The translations under genes were made by a program, and so were the position numbers. From the NCBI GenBank assembly GCA_018985225.1, contig JADGIF010000552.1:1-6746 (forward strand): 6,746 nt of DNA, in the 5' to 3' direction. Source of the DNA: Amoeboradix gromovi X-113. Its lineage: Eukaryota > Fungi > Sanchytriomycota. Each line of letters begins with the position of its first letter. The first letter of the stretch is position 1. The notes under the pieces are model-generated. The model worked only from the letters and a program-made list of their open reading frames with translations. It was not told the origin of the DNA and searched no databases. Shown piece after piece: positions 1-6,570 of the stretch.

Positions 1-5
1 TGGGA

Positions 6-235
6 CACTACTGTGAAAATTTCAACTGGGTAAATCTCGTCACTCGCTTTTTACCCCCCAGTCTACTTTCTACAGAGCACATCCCACCCAGTTAAAACTC
101 CTGATTTCCCAGAAAATCAAGAATTTCCACGGAGAAACTAGCAGTGCTAGATTCACCGTTGCAGTGACTGCTCAAGCTTGCACTACCCTGAGGTGGGATT
201 GAATGAGGATACAGATACTTGATGTATCTGTTCCT
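6..235 (-). ncRNA. Candidate Fanzor omega-RNA (guide RNA scaffold) / structured right end of a Fanzor element; boundaries approximate, may extend beyond the window start
   Basis: Stems read by hand: 206-235 (AGGA-ACAGATAC/GTATCTGT-TCCT, one bulge); a long-range helix pairing 188-199 with 81-91 (ATCCCACC-T-CAG/CTG-GGTGGGAT) that encloses hairpins 129-159 (CTAGC-ACT-GCTAG core plus outer ACGG/CCGT) and 95-126 (14 bp with 3 G-U pairs on the minus strand); and a further stem 25-34/50-62. The region overlaps and follows the RuvC-III part of the Fanzor remnant, where TnpB/Fanzor omega-RNAs are encoded. Confidence 0.55.
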
Positions 236-417
236 TATCTCCAAACGACAATTAATAAAAGTGTTACTCTCCAAATTGGTTTCTTTAGAGTACCACACCT
301 TATCCATGTCTGACTAGTAAATGCTTCATTGCATTTGATTATAGTCCTTCCTCTTTGTTTACACTTGAAATTCAAGCGTTCGTTCAATAAATTGTACAGA
401 TATCTCTTTCTAGGCAT
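210..417 (-). pseudogene. Degenerate C-terminal fragment of a Fanzor2/TnpB-like (IS607/IS605 OrfB-type) RNA-guided nuclease
   Basis: Joining the track ORFs 235..417 and 92..307 through a frameshift near 280-286 gives YNLLNERLNFKCKQRGRTIIKCNEAFTSQT(W)IRCGTLK / TNLESNTFINCRLEI-RNRYIKYL. This follows the family pattern FxxRLxxKxxxxGxxVxxxxExYTSxTCxxCG...LG...FxCxxCxLxIDRDxNGARNIxxK. Lesions: Cys to Trp (TGG at 304-306), one frameshift, and apparent deletions including DRDxNGA. Confidence 0.75.
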
Positions 418-651
418 TTAAAGACATCTGATTGTTCCATGTTTGGGTCAGTTCCTCAACGTCGATGAATGTATACTGTACTTGCTAGTTACTTCTTTAG
501 ATTCGATTTACCATTTTTGAAAAGGAAGAATATCGAATATTTTAGCTATTGGAAAAATCTGAAAAAGTCATGAAATTATATAAAAATGCTCACAAATTTG
601 CGATAAATGATTTGTTCAAGAAACCAATCGAAATCTTGTTTTATTCTTGGC

Positions 652-764
652 CTAGTAACTATATTTGATGTCTCAAAAGCTCTCAGAAATAACGAAAATA
701 AACAATTGGGACATCAAATATAAAAACTAGACTAACTTTCTGAAATTGTTTGAATCGTTATTTC
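652..764. repeat. Two interleaved imperfect inverted repeats (A-B-A'-B')
   Basis: A = 660-676 TATATTTGATGTCTCAA versus A' = 706-722 TTGGGACATCAAATATA (16/17 complementary), with outer CTAGT 652-656 / ACTAG 726-730. B = 686-707 GAAATAACGA-AAAT-AAACAATT versus the reverse complement of B' = 744-764, GAAATAACGA-TTC-AAACAATT. Confidence 0.7.
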
Positions 765-782
765 AAGTGTATTTACCTATAG

Positions 783-800
783 TAAATTAAATTAAATTAA
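783..800. repeat. Short (TAAAT)n tandem repeat, about 3.6 copies
   Basis: TAAAT TAAAT TAAAT TAA read directly from the sequence. Confidence 0.6.
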
Positions 801-864
801 TCTGGCTGGTTTAAGTAAATTATTTTAGTATAAAAGCTTTTCATCCATAAAAATCTTAGAAACA

Positions 865-1155
865 ATGATTAACAAGAAGAGAAAAAAAATAACTTATACG
901 AAGCAAAAGAAAGTGGAAAAGATAAAGAGTACCGTCCAAGATAGTGCACCTTTTGCTTAGACACTCGGAGACCTTTACTATTTGAAAGAAATAGGGGGTC
1001 ATCTTTTTTTTAAAGAGGGGAATGACATCAATGAAAGAGAACTGGTTTGAAAGAAGGAACTTATTAATATAGTATTTCCTCCTTATGGAGCACCTACTTT
1101 AAAGACGACTTGCTCTAGTTTTTATATTTGGCGTCCTATTACTAGTAATTTATGA
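865..1155 (+). pseudogene. Possible decayed coding fragment of unknown family
   Basis: One frame runs from ATG 865 to TGA 1153-1155 with only two internal stops (TAG 958-960, TGA 1048-1050): MINKKRKKITYTKQKKVEKIKSTVQDSAPFA*TLGDLYYLKEIGGHLFFKEGNDINERELV*KKELINIVFPPYGAPTLKTTCSSFYIWRPITSNL*. No family motif recognised. Confidence 0.25.
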
Positions 1156-1240
1156 AGTTAAATAATGCTTTAAATAGAAAACGGGACAAATTTGACATTT
1201 TGCGATCTATTTATTATTTTTATCCAGTCTTGACCATTTA

Positions 1241-3610
1241 TTAGTGTATTCTATTATGTCCTGATCTACCAGATGCTAAATTAATATGAACTACTGTGTT
1301 TCTATTTGACATCATTCTTTCGATACCTGGCATGACAGCTCTCAACTCTTTTTTTAACTTGGCTTCTTCAGATATGCCATCAAATAACCATTCCATCAAC
1401 ATATCTACTTCTTCAATTAGTGTGTAACACATCCATTCGTTTGGGGTGTAGCCAGTATCCATACCTTTGGGTATTTCTAGCTTATATTCTGTAGGAAATG
1501 ATGGCACATAGCAATAATGACTTATTTCGCTGCTCATTGCGCTTAGTCCACTTCCTCTAATTAGTAAAACCCCCAAACCGTATTTTAATTCAATAAACGG
1601 ACCGGTATCATCCAAAAAGTAGTACTCGTTATGGTATCTATCATATCCTAGGGGAACAATTCTACTGTTTAATTTTAATTTCTCAATTCTCTGGGTTTCC
1701 TGCAACTCGTTTTCAATCTTAATAATTTCTGCGTTCAACGCATCCATTTCAACGTTATTGTCTCCCATTAAACTGTTTCTATATTCTTGCTTATTCTTCA
1801 AGACATGAATATGCCTCATTGTAAAAGATACTGCATTTTGCTGCAACTCAATGCTTTTGTCGACAAATATGGCATATTCCCTAGATAACATAACTACTGA
1901 TATCATATAAGATATTAGTTGAATCTTGAAATCAGCTGGTATGTCATAAAAATGATAAATCATTCCTTGCGCAATTTCTGTGTTTTCGTCAAAAAAATTG
2001 GCAAATTTGTTTAAATTTTGAACACTAGATTTGCTGCTTGATACGGCAGATATAGCAGGGATATCCCGTAAATTTTCAGTACTATTTTCGTCACTAGCTG
2101 ACCTTGTGGGTCTTCGTTTGTCCTGAGTTATTTCTTCCATACTGCGTGTTATCGCCCTATCTGGTCCTCGGAATTGGTCATCATCCGAGTCTACACCTCC
2201 ATCGACTTGCATTGGTACAGCACCATCGTCAGTTTCACTTTCAGATAATAACAGCATTTCTAGAATGTCTAAAAGGTTTTCTACCTGCTCGACATCTACA
2301 AATTCCCTAAGAAATATTGCGAAGCAAAATATCCATGAGACGGGTTTGTAATATCTAGTATATTTAAACATTTTCTTTTCGGCCAGCTTGTAATTTAACA
2401 AAACACTGGCTCGTTTTAACAAATCATCGTCAATGTCTCCGTCTTTAATAACCATGGCAGTAGCTTTATCTGTGCTTATATACTTTTGGGAATTAGAAAT
2501 AGGGTATTTATCCTTTTCAATTGTTGATCGCACAATGTACAATAACGACAAAAATATTTGTTCAATCAGGTTGTTCTCACCTAATAGCGACGCCAAATAC
2601 TCGTCCATGGTGAATGGGTATAATCCTAAATACTCCGCACTGCAAACTAGGTAACAGTAACTATCAACACAAGCATCAACGTTTTTCTCATTTATCTCAT
2701 GAGAAAACCCATTGATATCCTTCATTGCATCTATCAAACGCCTTGGAGATGGTCTGAAATTGATTATAGGTAGACTGTCAGCATTCTCGCGAGTCCAGGT
2801 GACTTGAGGTAGCTCAGTAAAGTCTGGAGTTCTCGAATGACGATGAGTTAAGGAGGTGTAATAGCCACAATTAAAATCTGGAGGCAAAAGGGTGCCCTGA
2901 TATATATCTTTAACTTGGCCGATAGGAGAGCCAAGCATAAGATTTGGTGCAACTGACAAGTTATAATAGCTTGCGGCCTTATTTTTAATCTTTAGGCACT
3001 TTTCATTCCTAGTATATAATCTTAACAGCTCAGTAATCTTGAAATCGTTCAGCTCGAGATCTGGGTGTCTGTTAATGAATAGACGAGGGACAAAAATGCA
3101 TCGTTTATATAGTTCGTGTACGGAATCTAGATTGTTAAAATTAGCTAGAGACTCTATAAAGCCGAGAAGCGAGCCAGTAACTACAGTCTCCAGCCTAATG
3201 TCCTCGATAAAAAGTATTAAATAAGGATACCACATCAAAGTATATACATCTTCTATGTACTTAATATCTGCTTTACCCACAATAAGGTCGTATGATGACT
3301 CTTGTTGATAAGGAACCACAATGCCAGTTCTGCCATTGACTGATACACACTCCCAGGGAATAAAGCGGTAATGAAAAAATATTTTAGCAGATTGTACCAA
3401 ATTCACAACTGGAGCTTGAGCACCAGTAATAAGTTGCAAAAGAATTCTCTGCACTGAATAAGATATCATGTGGTGCTTCTGATGTACCAAATAGTCAAAA
3501 TAAGCTAAGTAATCAAATTTGCTCATAAATATAATTTCAAAAGAGTCCGTTTCGAAATGGTTCCTCGTGATCCAATCGGAGAACAAAACACTAGCATTAT
3601 TTATTTCCAT
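1241..3610 (-). CDS. DDT and WHIM/WSD domain protein; Itc1/ACF1/BAZ1-like accessory subunit of an ISWI chromatin-remodelling complex
   Basis: 789-aa uninterrupted ORF ending in tandem TAA TAA. DDT-like YCYLVCSAEYLGLYPFTMDEYLASL...QIFLSLL (about 2531-2680); WHIM1-like FYDIPADFKIQLISYMI (about 1860-1956); a coiled-coil-like stretch; WHIM2 motif PLGYDRYHNEYYF (about 1614-1655); WHIM3-like WMCYTLIEEVDMLMEWL..GISEEAKLKKEL (about 1343-1435). Domain order matches fungal Itc1-type proteins, and no PHD or bromodomain is apparent. Confidence 0.8.
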   Translation of the reverse strand: MEINNASVLFSDWITRNHFETDSFEIIFMSKFDYLAYFDYLVHQKHHMISYSVQRILLQLITGAQAPVVNLVQSAKIFFHYRFIPWECVSVNGRTGIVVPYQQESSYDLIVGKADIKYIEDVYTLMWYPYLILFIEDIRLETVVTGSLLGFIESLANFNNLDSVHELYKRCIFVPRLFINRHPDLELNDFKITELLRLYTRNEKCLKIKNKAASYYNLSVAPNLMLGSPIGQVKDIYQGTLLPPDFNCGYYTSLTHRHSRTPDFTELPQVTWTRENADSLPIINFRPSPRRLIDAMKDINGFSHEINEKNVDACVDSYCYLVCSAEYLGLYPFTMDEYLASLLGENNLIEQIFLSLLYIVRSTIEKDKYPISNSQKYISTDKATAMVIKDGDIDDDLLKRASVLLNYKLAEKKMFKYTRYYKPVSWIFCFAIFLREFVDVEQVENLLDILEMLLLSESETDDGAVPMQVDGGVDSDDDQFRGPDRAITRSMEEITQDKRRPTRSASDENSTENLRDIPAISAVSSSKSSVQNLNKFANFFDENTEIAQGMIYHFYDIPADFKIQLISYMISVVMLSREYAIFVDKSIELQQNAVSFTMRHIHVLKNKQEYRNSLMGDNNVEMDALNAEIIKIENELQETQRIEKLKLNSRIVPLGYDRYHNEYYFLDDTGPFIELKYGLGVLLIRGSGLSAMSSEISHYCYVPSFPTEYKLEIPKGMDTGYTPNEWMCYTLIEEVDMLMEWLFDGISEEAKLKKELRAVMPGIERMMSNRNTVVHINLASGRSGHNRIH

Positions 3611-3883
3611 TAAAATTAGAAAATATGAGTGGTTCTGAAAGCTGCTGATTAGTTGAGTTCAAGAATATTGACCGTCGAGGAATATTTCCACAATTTAAGG
3701 ATACATAGGGATTCTAAATTATAAAAACAATTCTGATAGATTTGAGAAAGAAAATGATACAAAGTGCACAGTTTGTTGAGCAGAAATCTGTACCGATAGG
3801 TTTTAATTCATTTGCCTAAATTTGATGAAGTTTCTGGATTGTGAACATATAAAATCTTATCTCTAAAAATTTAAAAAAAAGGG
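3611..3883. promoter_or_regulatory. Putative bidirectional promoter region
   Basis: 273 bp between two divergent ATGs. AT-rich, with TATAAAA-like sequences near 3720-3726 and 3848-3854 and an A-run just before the aminopeptidase ATG. Inferred mainly from position. Confidence 0.5.
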
Positions 3884-6523
3884 ATGACACGAAAAGTATT
3901 GCCAAGCTACTTAGTTCCAATTCATTACGACTTGGTCATTTACCCAGACATAGTTAAACATGTTTTTTATGGCAAAGTGACGTTAACGTTAAAATCTAAT
4001 GGTCCTATTCATCTAAATGCCAAGGAATTAACAATTTTATCGATTCATGTCAATAACAACTCATGCACTCACACAGTTGATCAAGAAAGGGAATCGATTA
4101 TAATCGACGGTGATTTCGTTGACACTAATACTGTAGTTATCGAATATACTGGAATCCACAATGATAAAATGGCTGGGTTTTATCGTAGCAGAGTTGAATG
4201 TGACAATTATGCGACAAATATGGTAGTCACACAGTTTGAACCTACTGACTGTCGTAAGTGTATGCCTTGCATTGATGAGCCTGCTAAAAAGGCAACTTTT
4301 CAAGTCACTATGATTTGCGAAGAATCACTGACTGCTTTGTGCAATACTTCTGTGTTGTCATCTACTCCAATAACTATAGATCCTTACATTAAATCGATCA
4401 TTCATATTTCCGATAAGGCGTACAAGAGTGTTAAATTTCGTGTCACTCCTAAGATGTCTACTTACATATTGGCCATGGCTTGTGGTGATTTGGATTATAT
4501 TGAATCTAGCGCTGTTCCGGGTGATAACCTCCCACCCATTCCTGTTCGTAGTTATGGTCCTCGTAACACAAAAGTCGGAAACATCAAACAATCAAAGTTT
4601 GCTCTTCAAGTTTGTTGCGATGCCCTAATAAAGTATGCCAACTACTTTGACATGGCCTATCCTATCGACAAGTTGGATTTGTTAGCTGTTCCAGACTTCA
4701 GCGCTGGTGCTATGGAGAACTTTGGTTTAATAACATTCAGATCCATTTTGTTGTATATCGATAGCAAATCCAGTCTCTCTAACCAACAGCAATGTGCGTA
4801 TGTTGTTTGCCATGAACTGGCTCATCAATGGTTTGGAAATATGGTCACCTTTGAATGGTGGGACGAATTGTGGTTAAACGAAGGCTTTGCAACTTTTGTT
4901 GGATGGCTTGTAACCTGCGATTTGTTTCCAAAGTGGAATGTATGGGATAAGTTTGTTAGCAATGATTATCTTAATGGTCTTTCTTTGGACGCATTGCTTA
5001 ACACCCATCCTATTCAAGTTCAATGTGATGACCCCAATGATATCGGTCAAATATTTGATGCCATTAGCTACAGCAAAGGTGCTACTGTTATTAAAATGCT
5101 GTATGACTACTACCCTACCTTGTTTATTAAAGGTGTAGCTAACTATCTAAAGGCCTTTCAATGGGGCAATGCAACCACTTTAGATCTTTGGCATCACGTC
5201 GGATTATCTTGCGACTTAGATATTGCGTCATTGATGAAGACGTGGACTATGACAAGTGGATATCCTGTAGTTAAGTTGGATATTGATGGACCAATGTTGA
5301 AAATACAGCAAACTCGGTTCTTGATAAATAACCAAACCATAAATCAACAATGGCCTATTCCTATTGGCTTGAAATGCTACGAGATCAGAGAAGATGGCAT
5401 ATACACAAGTGCTAGCCCATTGATGAGTGTCTTATTGCTCAATGAGTCAGACTCTGTAACAGTGCCGAGCTGCACTGAGTTGGTAACTAAAACAGTGGAT
5501 GCATCTCTGATTGGATTGAGAGCATACAAGTTAAATTTCAAACAGTCCACAATGATGAGAGTACAATATTCTACTTTGCAGCCATTGTTGAAGATTATTA
5601 AGCACCAATTGAGCAACAATGTTGAAGTGATACCAGTGGTAGATAGACTTGGAGTACTAAATGACTTGTATAATCTGGGTGTTAGTGGCTCATTAAGTAT
5701 TGTGAAATACCTAGAGGCTTTGTATTATTTCAAGAACGAGACAGACTACCATGTGTTGCTAGATATATCTAAAAATATAAAGAATGTTAGCAACATATTC
5801 AACAACAAAGTAGTAGAATCACGTATAGACAAACTCATTTCATCCATATACGGACCAGTTGCCCATGAACTAACATTTGAAGGGAAAGATGATCCACTAA
5901 AGAGACAGCTGGCTATTAAAATGGCAGGGCTAGCAGGTGATGCAGCGGTAGTCAAAGAAGCGAAAGAACGGTTTGATAGATTCATTGTAGGAGAGGTAGA
6001 CGCGATTGACGGCAATGTGTTACAGGGCGTATTTATGATAAACATAATGAACAATGGGGATTATAAGAAATTTAAAGAATATTACATCAACTGCACTGAA
6101 ATGGATAAGAAACTAACAGCTTTGGGGGTATTGGGGCATGTGCAAAGTGTAGATGATATTAATGATGTGCTGAATATGGTGTTTAGTGAACACATTCGAC
6201 CACAAGATTTGATATATGTGTTGCAGGGATTGGGAAATAACAAGCTCGCAAGAAGAATGACATTAGACTTTATCAAGGAAAACTGGGATAGATTTAGCAA
6301 ATTGTTAGAAGGAAGTCTAAACATGTTGGGAAACATTGTAAGTAGAAGTTGCGTGCTGTTTACCGAGGCAAAAGTAGCATTGGAGATGGAGGAATTTTTT
6401 AAAAAACAAAAAGAATGGAAACAGATTAATAAGAGTGTAGAGCAAACAATTGAGAAAATAAATAACAACTCATCTTGGGTTAGCAGAGATTTGGATGCAG
6501 TGCTACAATGGGCAGAAAAATAA
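3884..6523 (+). CDS. APE2: M1-family zinc alanyl aminopeptidase (Ape2/Aap1/puromycin-sensitive aminopeptidase-like), probably cytosolic
   Basis: 879-aa ORF with the N-terminal LP..VP.HYDL motif, TQFEPTDCR, exopeptidase motif GAMEN (4706-4720), zinc-binding HELAH (4811-4825) with the downstream Glu in WLNEGFA, catalytic Tyr in ISYSKGA, and a helical ERAP1_C-type C-terminus. No signal peptide apparent. The family call is secure; the symbol denotes the closest subfamily, not proven orthology. Confidence 0.95.
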   Translation: MTRKVLPSYLVPIHYDLVIYPDIVKHVFYGKVTLTLKSNGPIHLNAKELTILSIHVNNNSCTHTVDQERESIIIDGDFVDTNTVVIEYTGIHNDKMAGFYRSRVECDNYATNMVVTQFEPTDCRKCMPCIDEPAKKATFQVTMICEESLTALCNTSVLSSTPITIDPYIKSIIHISDKAYKSVKFRVTPKMSTYILAMACGDLDYIESSAVPGDNLPPIPVRSYGPRNTKVGNIKQSKFALQVCCDALIKYANYFDMAYPIDKLDLLAVPDFSAGAMENFGLITFRSILLYIDSKSSLSNQQQCAYVVCHELAHQWFGNMVTFEWWDELWLNEGFATFVGWLVTCDLFPKWNVWDKFVSNDYLNGLSLDALLNTHPIQVQCDDPNDIGQIFDAISYSKGATVIKMLYDYYPTLFIKGVANYLKAFQWGNATTLDLWHHVGLSCDLDIASLMKTWTMTSGYPVVKLDIDGPMLKIQQTRFLINNQTINQQWPIPIGLKCYEIREDGIYTSASPLMSVLLLNESDSVTVPSCTELVTKTVDASLIGLRAYKLNFKQSTMMRVQYSTLQPLLKIIKHQLSNNVEVIPVVDRLGVLNDLYNLGVSGSLSIVKYLEALYYFKNETDYHVLLDISKNIKNVSNIFNNKVVESRIDKLISSIYGPVAHELTFEGKDDPLKRQLAIKMAGLAGDAAVVKEAKERFDRFIVGEVDAIDGNVLQGVFMINIMNNGDYKKFKEYYINCTEMDKKLTALGVLGHVQSVDDINDVLNMVFSEHIRPQDLIYVLQGLGNNKLARRMTLDFIKENWDRFSKLLEGSLNMLGNIVSRSCVLFTEAKVALEMEEFFKKQKEWKQINKSVEQTIEKINNNSSWVSRDLDAVLQWAEK

Positions 6524-6570
6524 ATTTAATCCATGATAATCGATTTAATGAAATACACTATTAGTCTTGA

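Noticed and set aside
312-347. GACTA...TATAGTCC on plus, resembling group I intron P7 (R/S) elements
   Set aside because: Spacing is short, no P3/P4/P6 core was found, and the bases are accounted for by Fanzor codons on the opposite strand.
92-417. Track ORFs 92..307 and 235..417 as independent small proteins
   Set aside because: Better explained as two frames of one frameshifted Fanzor relic; the tail of 92..307 simply reads through the structured region.
2104-3224. Plus-strand ORFs 2104..2310, 2433..2654 and 3039..3224
   Set aside because: Short antisense shadows inside the 789-aa gene with no recognisable motifs.
3720-3805. Intergenic frame reading KCTVC*AEICTDRF, a possible third zinc-finger relic
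   Set aside because: Only a CxxC with stops close by and no RDxNA motif; compatible with chance.
4061-6468. Alternative-frame and antisense ORFs within the aminopeptidase gene (including 5746..6054 and 6082..6468)
   Set aside because: Fully nested in a well-supported CDS and motif-free; expected from codon bias.
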